A stretch of 63,878 bases of DNA, counting the filler, from Octopus bimaculoides (lineage: Eukaryota), in NCBI RefSeq assembly GCF_001194135.2. It is 5 parts of 5 records of this genome, joined end to end, with 100 filler letters (N's around TTAATTAATTAA, not from the genome) between each part and the next. Parts side by side here need not be neighbours in the genome. Positions count along the whole stretch, not along the records: positions 12,806 to 26,154 come from NC_068987.1; 4 more parts are not named here. One strand, given 5' to 3'. Below are positions 12,706-24,674 of the stretch, piece by piece. The notes beneath the pieces are model-generated. The model searched no databases. It was given only the letters and a program-made list of their open reading frames with translations, and was not told where the DNA came from. Positions within the stretch are counted from its first letter, which is position 1; the number at the start of each line of letters is the position of its first letter. The position numbers and the translations under genes are program-made.

Positions 12706-12805
12706 NNNNNNNNNNNNNNNNNNNNNNNNNNNNNNNNNNNNNNNNNNNNTTAATTAATTAANNNNNNNNNNNNNNNNNNNNNNNNNNNNNNNNNNNNNNN
12801 NNNNN
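12706..12805. other. Artificial assembly gap spacer N44-TTAATTAATTAA-N44
   Basis: Exactly 100 bp with a six-frame stop 12-mer in the centre; the same construct occurs at 26155, 36873 and 62747. Confidence 0.97.
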
Positions 12806-13383
12806 TCCTTACAGTTTTCTGGGGGTTTGATGAAATAAAGTAACAGTTAAGAACTGAGGCGGACTTAACTAACTCCACTCGCCAAATTCGTAGCCCTGTA
12901 TCTTTATACCAAAATTTATACCTTGTACAAAACTATTATTAAAGGCAGCAGAGACGGGAAATGTAGTGTAGATAGATAAGCTCCCTGTGAGCTGAAACTG
13001 AGAACTGAGGTTCTATTTCTGAGTGAGTTTATTTCAATTCACTTACGTCATTTATATACTTAGCAATGATATTGTAATATTATAAAGACTTATCAGGTGT
13101 TGCGTGCATGGCATCACTTTCAGGGCTTTTGATTTCGCATTTTTAAGCCAACACCCAAACAGTAGACACCATTTTAAGTTTCTTTCAAGGCTGTAGACAT
13201 TGTTGAATGGACACTGGGCGTTTCTTCCATTACTTCATTGAATCATACAATACGTTACATTTATTTCATGACAAACAAGACTCTAAAAATACACATTTAA
13301 CTGCATATATCTGATGTGTTGCTTTTCAATATATTCTCCATCAAGAATGTGAATTCGGCTGCTTTTGGTATATATGGCTTAGC

Positions 13384-13645
13384 TTTCCGTCGGTAACGAC
13401 GACGTGTGTTCCAATTGATCCGATCAACGGAACAGCCTGTTCGTGAGATTAATGTACAAGTGGCTGAGCACTCCACAGACACGCGTACCCTTAACGCAGT
13501 TCTCAAGGAGATTCAGCATGACACAAAATATGACAAAGCTAGCCCCTTTGATTTTCAGGTACGAATTATTTTTGCTAGCTAAATGGACTGGAGCATCGTG
13601 AAATAAAGTGTCTTGCTTAAGGTCAATCGAAATCACGACCTTAAA
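13384..13645 (-). mobile_element. tRNA-derived SINE, family B, head partly deleted
   Basis: The reverse complement matches the 7221-7540 body and tail. Confidence 0.85.
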
Positions 13646-13729
13646 ATAACTATTTCATTTCTCTGCTTGCCTGCCAAATCAAGTGACTTCATGTCCTCGT
13701 GGGTTTCTTTCTCAGCGCTGTTGTCAGTG

Positions 13730-14018
13730 TGTTGGTGATGATGATGATGATGATGATGACGACGACGACTACGACGACGGCAGCGGCGGCGGCGACGGTG
13801 GTGGTGGTGGTGGTGGTTGCTGTTGTTGTGGTGATGGTGGTGGCGGTGATGATGAGGATGATTGTAGTCTCTTGTTGTTAGTCTGACGACGACCACGACG
13901 ACGATGCTGCTGATGTTGATGACGATGACGATGACGACTACGATGACGACGATGATGATGTGTCATTGTTGTTGTCGTTATGATGATGACAATGCTGACG
14001 ATCACGCTGATAATGATG
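13730..14018. repeat. (GAT/GAC/GGT)n tract
   Basis: Directly visible. Confidence 0.93.
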
Positions 14019-14024
14019 GGTCTA

Positions 14025-15200
14025 CTCGGCCTTTAAAAATAGCATCCTCTCAGACCGATTTCTGTTTAGTCTGTTCAGACCTTGTTCTAGTTCCTATCTA
14101 CGTGAATGACTGGCCCCATGCATTTTAAGAAAATTGTTGACCTTGTAATCCTCGATGCATGTCTGATTGGCTTGCTTTTCCAAACTCTGAGTTTCAAACT
14201 GACCGACTTTTTCTGCTTAACGTACCCGTCACCTACCTCTTCATTTTCCTTCAATATGGCACCGACCACCTCAATTCCTGTGGTCAGTGATCTTGCCAGT
14301 GTTTACTGAGGCGATGCTTCTTCGTCCTTGCTCAAGCAAAATGCTGCTCATTACCTCCAGCTTCTGCAGTACTTGCCTCAACCGAAATACGTACGTGATA
14401 TGGTTGACGGACCAAACGTATGATTTGAAACGGTTTCACTAGTTGGCCATTTCGTTTAGTCTAACCATCGAGCAGTACTGAGGAGATTTAGCCCTTGAAG
14501 AAAGATCAAACCCGACTGCACCGAAGTCAGATGCCAAATAAACATGATTGGTCCAATCGGAAGGTCTTGATTGGTCTACTTGGATCAGAACCTCACCAAA
14601 GTCACTTTTTTTCTACTCACAATTTTTATGGCGTATCACATTAGGTGGAAGTTGTTGTGGATAAACGTGCCAGAAATGACCCGGGTCGCCCTCTCCTGGT
14701 CAGACTTCTGAGAACAAACGTCAGCCTTTTCGTGAGTACGTTGGCCAAAATTTTAAACGTTTCGTTCAGCAGGATCATGGACCGAAACTTGTCGGTGATG
14801 TTTTCTCTACTTTCGTAACTTAATGTCAAAGAGACCGTTGTCTTAGCTCTAAGCTCGCTTCAAAAACATCCACTTGGCGATTCACTTAACGATCGCCTAA
14901 TCAATTCCTGCTAAACTAGTCCGGTCGCTGTCGGCTATTCGCGCCGATAACGACGTCTTTAGCTTCCAGTGATTGAGTTCCTATCTATTCGTCCTATCCA
15001 AGTTGACCACAAATTACATCTTTGTGGTCTGTATAGTCGACCAACCGAAATTTTCGTCACCCGAAACCATCAATATCTACTGACCTAAATGAATTATAAA
15101 TCGTTCTGGGGAACCAGATGCGATTTATCCAAGTCCACATCAGAGCATTCGAGAAGTCCAATCCGGACCAATCAGACAATTAAACCCCCTGGGAGATTTC
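14025..15200 (-). mobile_element. Degenerate Tx1/L1-clade LINE ORF2 remnant (end of AP endonuclease joined to RT)
   Basis: Minus-strand pieces: YTDHK...HWKLK (endonuclease end); FRSMILLNETFKILANVLTKRL (RT domain 1-2); LDQS...VRQ; LQKLE; VVGAILKENEEVG...KSVSLKLRVWKSKP. Multiple stops and frameshifts, and an internal deletion. Confidence 0.8.
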
Positions 15201-15496
15201 TGTATTCCTTTCCTAAAAATATTTATTGATTTCAATCCTTTAGTTATTTCCTCCTTTAGATTGTCATGTCCATAATTTCCACGTTGAGAATTTCCTGCTT
15301 TCTTCGTACTCTTCAGAGCCAAATCCGCAACAACTACAACAAAAGTATCAACGAAATCATAAACAATAACAAAGAACACCAACAACAACAGGAAAAACAC
15401 AGCTCCAACAACAACCACGGAAAAAAGAACAAGTTTATTCCAAAAATAAAAAAAAGTGATAAATAAATAGAAGCCAATACGCTAGTTCTCCCTATA

Positions 15497-16490
15497 AGTT
15501 ATGGTTAAAATAGTCTCAATTGGAAGCTAAATGAACTAGCAAGACTAGACATAAAAAAGCGAGTAAAATAATGACTGCATTTAGAATAAACAACCCAAAA
15601 CCAGACATAGAATGATAATATTCGCAGCAAATACAGAGAGCTAGGAACCTTCTGCAATTAGAAAATTATAATAGAATATACACAATAGTACTGAAAATGT
15701 ATATTGTAGAGAGAAAAAGGAAAACTAATAGAAATAACTACAGAACATGATCAAAATGAAACAAAAAAATCTTTTTTCTGTCTTCAAAGAATTAAACACA
15801 TGAAAAATGGAGTGAAATGACAGACAGCTATGAGAAAAAAATGAGGAAGAATAACATAAGTTGTGAAAATTTGAGAAATTAAGTTAAAAATTGGGCGAAA
15901 GAATCCCGGGGAATAACAAAATATCAAACTCTGGGACATGCCAAGGCACAGAGAGAAGAGAATGAGGTTGTAGAATACCAAAGTCTCAAGGAATGATAAA
16001 TTAACAATACTTTGAGATATTCCAATACAAAGAGAGACAAGGGGAAATGAGGCTTGACGAATCGACCATACTTTGGGATATACCATTAGACATGCAGAAA
16101 TTAAGTCAAGGATTGTCAGGAAAAGAAATGCTTTGTAAACGAAGCAACAGTCCCCAAACAGACGAAAATTATCTCTGAAAGGAATTGAAGGATTATCAAA
16201 ATATAAAGGTCTGGAAATAGAGACAACCTGAATGTGGGAAAACTGAGAACAGAAACAACTTCTGTAATGACAGATGCAGTCGGAATGTAGAAAAATAAGC
16301 AACGGAGGGCGTAGGACTTACAAATGTCCGCAACATAGAGAACATAACACGACATACATATTACGTAAAGTACTTTCAATACAATAGAAAATATAACAAA
16401 AATACAAAACAATTATACATATCCCGAGGCCCACAGATCTATGTTAAGTACTGTAGTGACAGCATGTCATAAAAATTTAAACCATTGAAG
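15497..16490 (+). mobile_element. Degenerate R4/Dong-clade RLE retroelement, 3' ~1 kb (RT C-terminus, RLE domain and 3' UTR)
   Basis: Fragments LNWKLNELARLDIK, MTAFRINNPKPDIE...LLQLENY, NDKLTIL(W)DIPIQ, LSKYKGLEIE, HILRKVLSIQ* (stop 16385-16387). The 3' UTR is homologous to that of 16811-17014. Confidence 0.8.
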
Positions 16491-16583
16491 TAGTGATAAT
16501 CCGTTCTTTATTCAGCATCGTCATCATCAGCAACATCATCGTCGTCGTCGTTGTTGTTGTTGTTATCTTTATTATTATTTATT

Positions 16584-16739
16584 GTCTTTGGGTTAGGGTT
16601 AGGGACATGTAATACGGCTGTTTACTACCAGTGAACTAATGTAACACTCTTTGTTTTTCGAGCACCATTCGGAGTAGTTGAGCAGTTCCAAGCAGTGCTG
16701 TTTTCTGCTTTTGCTCCGACTTTATTGCAGCCCCTATAA
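16584..16739 (-). mobile_element. 5'-truncated R4/Dong-like 3' end, subfamily 2
   Basis: The minus strand encodes IGAAIKSEQKQKTALLGTAQLLRMVLEKQRVLH* (stop 16636-16638), the QKxALLGTAxxLRxVL C-terminal signature. Flanked by AAT-type repeats. Confidence 0.75.
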
Positions 16740-16750
16740 TAATAATAATA

Positions 16751-16810
<60 letters not shown>

Positions 16811-17012
16811 GTTCAGTAGTTTTATTTTTATAACGTGCTTTCACTTCACTACCGAGCGCAGCTCTGTGCGCCTTTGGTATGTGCTGCGGTTTGCTGTGGT
16901 GCTCTTATGGTTACTGTATTGAAAGTGTTTTGCGTAGGATGTGTGCTGTGCCCAGTAGTGCAATTTTCTGTATGTTATATATATTTCTAAGTCCTGGTGT
17001 TTTTGTTATGTA

Positions 17013-17014
<2 letters not shown>
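16811..17014 (-). mobile_element. 5'-truncated R4/Dong-like 3' end inserted in (AAT)n
   Basis: The minus strand encodes KYITKTPGLRNIYNIQKIALLGTAHILRKTLSIQ* (stop at 16911) plus a 100-nt 3' UTR; long AAT arrays on both sides. Confidence 0.88.
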
Positions 17015-17097
<83 letters not shown>

Positions 17098-17598
17098 GAG
17101 TGAGGGTACAAACATAGGAAGCCGAATATACCCATCATGACTACCTGTCCGATAAAGGTACACCAGGCACATGCATTACAACCATATGTACACGACATGG
17201 TGATCCCATACCGAGATAAACAGCGCATGACCTTGTAGGGGGGGGGGCTAGTTAGAATTTTCTTCAGGACGAAGAGCTCACCCTGCTCAAATGGTCCCTG
17301 AATAAGGATTGTTTAAGGATGATGAACTAAACACCTATCTTTCTAGGGTGAATTATTCAAACCTTCCAAAATCCCTCTCAACACATAGCCATGATGCTCT
17401 TCCACTACTCCTACCCGTGATGCACATCGTCAGCCACCAAGGGACATGCTCAACTGGTTATGGTCAAACAACTGACAAGCAAATTTGTGGTACTGAGCAG
17501 ATATTTGCTGTAGCCCTTCTTTTATAGCAGGACAAAACGTGTACATAGTAAAGATCAGAAGCCATGAGAGAGCTACTGCCTGGTATTGCATCAGGGCA
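17098..17598 (-). mobile_element. Non-coding (AAT)n-embedded element 'F', copy 1
   Basis: Homologous to 17654-18111 over about 400 bp; both ends join AAT arrays. Strand inferred from the shared junction ...ctcactc|aataat. Confidence 0.75.
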
Positions 17599-17653
<55 letters not shown>

Positions 17654-18110
17654 GAGTGAGAGAGCAGTGCATGCCATCAAAGTGACACTGGGGTAAAATA
17701 TACGAAGCCCATTATACCCATCATGACTACCCGTCTGATAAGGGTATACCAGGTACATGTATCACAACCATATGTGCGCAACATGGCGATCTCATATCAA
17801 GATAAACAGCGCATGACCTCGCAGGTGGGGCCCAGTTAGAATTTTCTTCAAGTCGAGTAGCCCATCCCGCTCAAAAGGTCCCTGAATAAGGTTTATTTAA
17901 GGATGTTGAGCAAAGCACCCATGTTTCCAAAAGTGAATTATTCAAACCCCAAACAATTCCTCTCAACACATGACTATGATGCTCCCCCACTACTTCTGCT
18001 CATGATCAGAGATGCACATATCGTCAGCCATCAAGAGACATGCTCAACTGGTTAAGGTCAAACAACTGACAAGTGAATCTGTGGTATTAAGCAGAATATT
18101 TGCTGTAGCC

Positions 18111-18111
<1 letters not shown>
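17654..18111 (-). mobile_element. Non-coding (AAT)n-embedded element 'F', copy 2 (5'-truncated)
   Basis: Same 3' junction as copy 1; truncated at gggctacagc and fused to (AAT)n. Confidence 0.75.
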
Positions 18112-18171
<60 letters not shown>

Positions 18172-19343
18172 TAATCATTTCCTTTTAACCAGGGGCCAGT
18201 CGTGCATGCAACAAAACGTCAAAAAGGGGAGTTAAGAACATGTAACAATGTGAATACATCGCTATATAAGAACTATTGCTGAGGCTAAAATATTCATTCT
18301 ACTGTACTGGATTACCAAAATTGTTTTAAATTAACACAAATGTACGTAAATATATAAAATTAAAGCATAAAGTATACAAATAAAATTGAAAAGCAAATAA
18401 GGACGACCTACCCACATATCAATGAAAAAGGCACCGTTTGGGTTTGATTTGGTAACCTCATGACTTCAGTTCTAAAGATGCCCGTGAGTAACTGAACAGT
18501 CGGAGTAGACGAGAAAGGGCTCGAGTCTATATTGAATCTAACAGTTCATAGACTTTGAAAGTGGGTTTTCATTAATAGTCCATTGTTGAATTTTATCTCC
18601 TCCGCAATCTGTTTTTTTTTTTTTTTATTTCTCCTTCGTCTCTATTCCTGTAATTCAAAATGTCTACCAGTCACACGCTGGCTATTCGAAGGACTGTCAA
18701 CTTCAGGCAGTTCAGTATAGGAAGATGGAATCCTTTATGCATGACTTACTCTCATTCTGCTCGAAAGTTTTGCGTTTTCATTTTTATTTATTTATTTATT
18801 TCCTTATTTTTTCTTTAGATGGAGAGGAGCTTCCATCTCTTCCTTTTTCTTTTCCCACCGACAGTTTGCCGCCCCGCTTCATCCATCGCTCATCTCCTTT
18901 TCTATGTCTTGCCACGATAGGTTTTCTGCTATTGCTGCGATTGTGACTACGAGAGCAGGTCGCCGGATCCTGACACCAAGGATGGAGACGATTTCTTCCG
19001 TTATTCTCATAGTTGTCATCGATGGTGGTTGTGATGAAGTTGGAAACAGCAGTTTTTTTGACCCGTTACAAAAGCAGACAAAACAGACAACCTCTACTGC
19101 TGTCCCCTTACACTGCTGTTGTAACGGCTCCGGGCAGAAAGATACCAAGTAGCTGTGTCTGCCAGGTTTTTAACAACAAGAGCATAATGAAGCAGTAGAT
19201 AGGTTTAATGCACCATATATATACCTTGCGCATTCGTCCATATATGGAACCGTGCAATACAAGAATGACAATTAGTGATATTAGCAGTGGCATTGACGCC
19301 TGGTTCATGGCTACCTTAATAGAGTATATGAGCTCGTTGTGAC

Positions 19344-19578
19344 GCGGCGAGCTGGCAGGAACGTTAGCACGCCGGGCGAAAAGCTTAGCGGTATTTCGTC
19401 TGCCGTTACGTTCTGAGTTCAAATTCCGCCGAGGTCGACTTTGCCTTTCATCCTTTCGGGGTCGATAAATTAAGTACCAGTTACGCACTGGGATCGATGT
19501 AATCGACTTAATCCCTTTGTCTGTCCTTGTTTGTCCCCTCTATGTTTAGCCCCTTGTGGGCAATAAAGAAACAAGAAA
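19344..19578 (+). mobile_element. SINE family C, young subfamily C1, full length
   Basis: gcggcgagctggcagg head, B-box-like gagttcaaattcc, central domain, 3' gccccttgtgggcaataaagaaa. Near-identical to 50367. Confidence 0.92.
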
Positions 19579-19780
19579 GGTTAGCACGCCGGGCGAAATG
19601 CTTAGCGGTATTTCGTCTGTCTTTACGTTCTGAGTTCAAATTCCGCATTTGTACACTTTACCTTTCATCTTTTCGGAAACGATAAATTAAGTACCAGTTG
19701 CATACTGGAGTCGATTTAATCGACTGAACCCCACCCGCCCCCCAAAAATTGGGGACCTTGTGCCTAGAGTAGAAAAGAAT
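19579..19780 (+). mobile_element. SINE family C, older subfamily C2, directly behind the C1 copy
   Basis: Restarts at gttagcacgccgggcgaaatgc and carries the alternative tail ccccc-aaaatt-gaccttgtgcctagagtagaaaag. Confidence 0.85.
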
Positions 19781-20127
19781 ATGAGCAAGCTGTGAATGCC
19801 TAGATCACGAGAAATGACATGGAATGGAAAGGAATTTGTAAGGACTTGCAAGTCTTAATGAGTCCCAAAAAGAGCATTCAAAAGGGCTGTTCCAGAACTG
19901 CGCCACGTCTTAGGGACAAGGATGGAAGCAATGAGGCAACCAATGCAAAACAGAGAACCTGTCTGTTGCACTGATGGCAATAGAAACCATGAGGGCTTTC
20001 TGCTTCTGTGGAACTCAAAATATAAAACAGTTGAAGTGATAAACAGACAGAGAGGACGGGGCTAAAAGACATTTGATCATGGGTCTGATTGATTGACCAG
20101 GACTGAGCTGGGGCTAAACAAGAACAT

Positions 20128-20502
20128 TATGTCATCACCATCACTATCACCAGTGTCTCATTCATCATCATCATCGTTGTCGTCGTCGTCGTCGTCATCG
20201 TCATCATCATCACCACCGCCGCCAGTACCGACAACGTCACCATCACCGCCACTACCATCATCTCCATCATCATCACCCTCACCAGCTCCCCTATTACCAC
20301 CACCACCACCACCACCACCGTCGTCATCATCATCAACATCATCAACATCATCAACATCATCATCATCAACATCATCAACATCATCATCATCATCATAATC
20401 TTCATCATCATCATCATCATCACCCCCACCCGCCGCCGCCGCCGCCTCCACCACCACCACTACAAACATCATTATCATTACCATCATCATTAGCAGCATC
20501 AT

Positions 20503-20559
<57 letters not shown>

Positions 20560-20640
20560 CATCAGCATCATCGTCACCACCACCATCATCGCCGCAATCA
20601 CACAGTCAACATCATCGTCACCATCATCGTCAACATCGAC
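20128..20640. repeat. (CAT/CAC/CAG/CGT)n tract
   Basis: Directly visible. Confidence 0.95.
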
Positions 20641-20956
20641 ATGTTCTCTTCAACGCACACACTTCATCGATCTGCATAAATTTAATTCCTCATTTCAGCC
20701 TGTGTGATTTACAGAGAAGCAAATTGCCATATATGGACATCTACGTGCGTGTAAATAAAGGAAAGAAGTGTCTGTATTCTAGATGAGTAAGCAAACACAG
20801 ATACACAGATACACACAAGTGTAATGTTAATCATATCTATTGAGTTGTTTATTTTCTTTTCTCTCTACAAGGAGGATCTTTTCTCTAATACTATTGGTTC
20901 CCAGTTTCCAGAACCATCCATCACTTGATGTCTCAATTGTTACATCATGAATGTTA

Positions 20957-21491
<535 letters not shown>

Positions 21492-22734
21492 GGTAGAAAT
21501 CCACTTCTGTTCGAGAACAACCATTATGCTTTCCCAATTGGAGAAACTACGGAAGTGACGAAATTTCATTATCGTAAAACACGAGCGACACCTCACCCGA
21601 CGCTATGACAACACCAACTTTTGGAAGGTTCATTCTTTACAGGTACTCCTTTGGTATTCCAAGGAGTACCTGTTGATGGAATTGAATATAAAGAGTCAGT
21701 AGTGCGCAGAAATACATTACTTGGATGATCGAACAGATTTTCTGCAAGTGTTTCAACATTGAATGAGACACACCGAAGCTCTACGATGCAGTTTTTACAA
21801 CAGAGTTACCTTCTCCTAGTTTGATGTTCTGACAAGATCTTGGAAGCTTTCAATTGTAAACTGGTCTTATAGAGCGCTTGTTCACTATCTGCAGCATTGC
21901 AGTTTCTGTCGCGGGATAATTATTGACCCTGGTTTGGGTTCATCTGTCCTGTAAAGAAGTTTTATTATTTGATTCTAATAACCCTTATATGAGCATACAT
22001 TCATATAGGCATGCATACACACACATGTGTATATGTCGTACAGATATATATATATTGAGACTTTAACTCTCATTTCTAAACAGGTTTATGCTCAGTGCAT
22101 CTTTAAAGTTTCGTGGCCGCCTACACTTTTTTTCAGCAAAATAGGGTTAGCTTATCCTGTTCAGGCTATATTATTAGCATTATCCTGCGATTGAGAATTT
22201 AAAATCACTTCTTTAACTTTCTAAGACATCTCAACGCTTCTAAAGGCAAACTTCGTTTGTTTGTTTACGTTCGTCGTAATTTGAATTTAATATGTATATA
22301 TACATATATATATATATNNNNNNNNNNNNNNNNNNNNNNNNNNNNNNNNNNNNNNNNNNNNNNNNNNNNNNNNNNNNNNNNNNNNNNNNNNNNNNNNNNN
22401 NNNNNNNNNNNNNNNNNNNNNNNNNNNNNNNNNNNNNNNNNNNNNNNNNNNNNNNNNNNNNNNNNNNNNNNNNNNNNNNNNNNNNNNNNNNNNNNNNNNN
22501 NNNNNNNNNNNNNNNNNNNNNNNNNNNNNNNNNNNNNNNNNNNNNNNNNNNNNNNNNNNNNNNNNNNNNNNNNNNNNNNNNNNNNNNNNNNNNNNNNNNN
22601 NNNNNNNNNNNNNNNNNNNNNNNNNNNNNNNNNNNNNNNNNNNNNNNNNNNNNNNNNNNNNNNNNNNNNNNNNNNNNNNNNNNNNNNNNNNNNNNNNNNN
22701 NNNNNNNNNNNNNNNNNNNNNNNNNNNNNNNNNN

Positions 22735-22770
<36 letters not shown>

Positions 22771-23871
22771 TTCGTACATGCGTACGAATATGATATAACT
22801 TAATATTCTATGAACACGACTCTCCAGCTTTGTTGGCTTTCTGCATGTATTCTGTGAATTATCCAACTACAGAATTCAACCAAATGAATCCAGACAGTTT
22901 GCCCTTAGGTATACACGTATCCACATGGAGTTGTAAATACTGGTTATTTGTTGTAAAATGCAAATGTAAAAATGTTAAATTTAAATTTAAATCGCTATTT
23001 TTAAAATCCTTGTAAAATCCTTGTATATAGTTTATATAAATTATAAAGTTATTTTGTATAAATTATAAAGTTACGTTTGTCATCCTAGTTTTATGATAAT
23101 CCGTCAACAGCATTTACTAGCATCTTAATGCGTCTTTTTTACCAGTACCTATCAAAACATTTATTGCAATTATTTATTACTATTACTATTGTTATTATTA
23201 TTATTAGAGTATAAAGTAGAAAAGGATAAATTTCACATACGGCTCATAATTTAATTGTACTAAACAGATGTTTCAATGGCATAAACCATCATCATTTATA
23301 TAATTATATAATCAAAATGCATAATTAATAAATAAATCAATTTAAAAGCGATATTTCATCCATATTGCTGGGATTTTTTCCTGATGATATGTGTAACATC
23401 ACTTTTTAATCAATTAATTATTTTAATTAAGTACTTTTATAATAATGAGGTTTTATGCCATTAAAAACACCTGTTGAATACAATTAAATTATGAACTATA
23501 TTTGAAACTTAAGCTTTTATTCTTTTTAACCTAAAACTTTAACTCTCAACGATCGTGTTAGGTGATATCATATATACATACACCTGCATTATTACCGATT
23601 GTATTGTGTTGGTGCATAATTATTGCGGCTTCTTTTCAACAAATTTTATTCAACAAAAACAATAACAACATGTAACAAAAACATCTTTAAATGATTATTC
23701 CGGAGTATATTCACTATCTACTTGAATTACTGCTTCCCATTTGCTTGGCAGACGATCAGACCGTCATTTAAAGATGCTTTTGTTCAATATTGTTTTTGTT
23801 TTTGTTGAATAAAATTTGTTTTAAAAAGCCGCAATAATTATGCACCAACCCAATAATAACGTAATAGTTTT

Positions 23872-24040
23872 CTATGTATGTATGTATGTATGCATGTATG
23901 TGTGTATGTTTGTATGTATGTATGCATGTATGTATGTATGCATGCATGTATGTATGTATGTATGTATGTATGTATGCATGCATGTATGTATGTATGTATG
24001 TATGTATGTATGTATGTATGTATGTATGTATGTATGTATG
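23872..24040. repeat. (TATG)n array
   Basis: Directly visible. Confidence 0.96.
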
Positions 24041-24043
24041 TTA

Positions 24044-24388
24044 TGTCAGGTCGCTCTTGTGCGCTACTGGTAACATGTAACCCAGTACAACCTGTTGCAT
24101 GGTCGGGTCGTCGACGACTAAACTGGCAACCTTATCAAGCTTACTTGGTGAGGAGGGTCATTGTTGGACACCCTACAGGACGAAAAATAAGACCTGTCAA
24201 AGGGCAGAATAGCTCATGAGCAGTCAACGGTCATCCAACAATATGAGTACATGTGTATTATGCATGTATGTATGCGCGGGGACGTGGAAATACTTGGGTT
24301 GGTGTCCAGGCACACGGTTGGCCCAAAGGGAGTGAGTGGCTCCTCTGTTGTTGTCACAACATCTCACTAGGAGAAGGAAACTCTATCT
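24044..24388 (+). mobile_element. Probable 5' region of an RTE-clade LINE or derived non-autonomous element
   Basis: Contains ctaggagaaggaaactct and ggtcgtcgacgactaaactggcaacc, which I recall as resembling RTE 5' UTR motifs. No ORF support. Confidence 0.4.
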
Positions 24389-24674
24389 TCTGACTTGTCT
24401 AGTATGAATGGCCCTAATAGTAGCTTGCGCTCCTCTGGCATAGCTCTCGCGATAATTGAGTACTGGACACTTACCAACTTAACTCTTTGAATACCAGCAC
24501 GTCTAAGGCCGCCTGCGTTTCTATGATACAAATTTCTTGTTGTGACGTGGTCTAAACTAAAACCTTTCATCAAAATGTCATATACATTTATGTTCCAAAC
24601 AACAATGTAACAGTAACAAAGTCATTCTGTTATATTACAAAAGAAGTGTATTTTAACTGAAATATAGTATCAGA

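Noticed and set aside
12750-12761. Recurrent TTAATTAATTAA motif as a biological spacer or CRISPR-like repeat
   Set aside because: It is always centred in exactly N44...N44; this is an assembler's six-frame-stop gap marker.
18380-19340. Overlapping ORFs in ~1 kb of balanced-composition sequence
   Set aside because: Open frames exist on both strands but carry no recognisable motif, so none can be chosen.
24044-24130. HDV-like ribozyme at the putative RTE 5' end
   Set aside because: P2-like (ccagt/actgg), P4-like and CTAA elements can be placed, but no P1 partner is found, so the fold cannot be completed.
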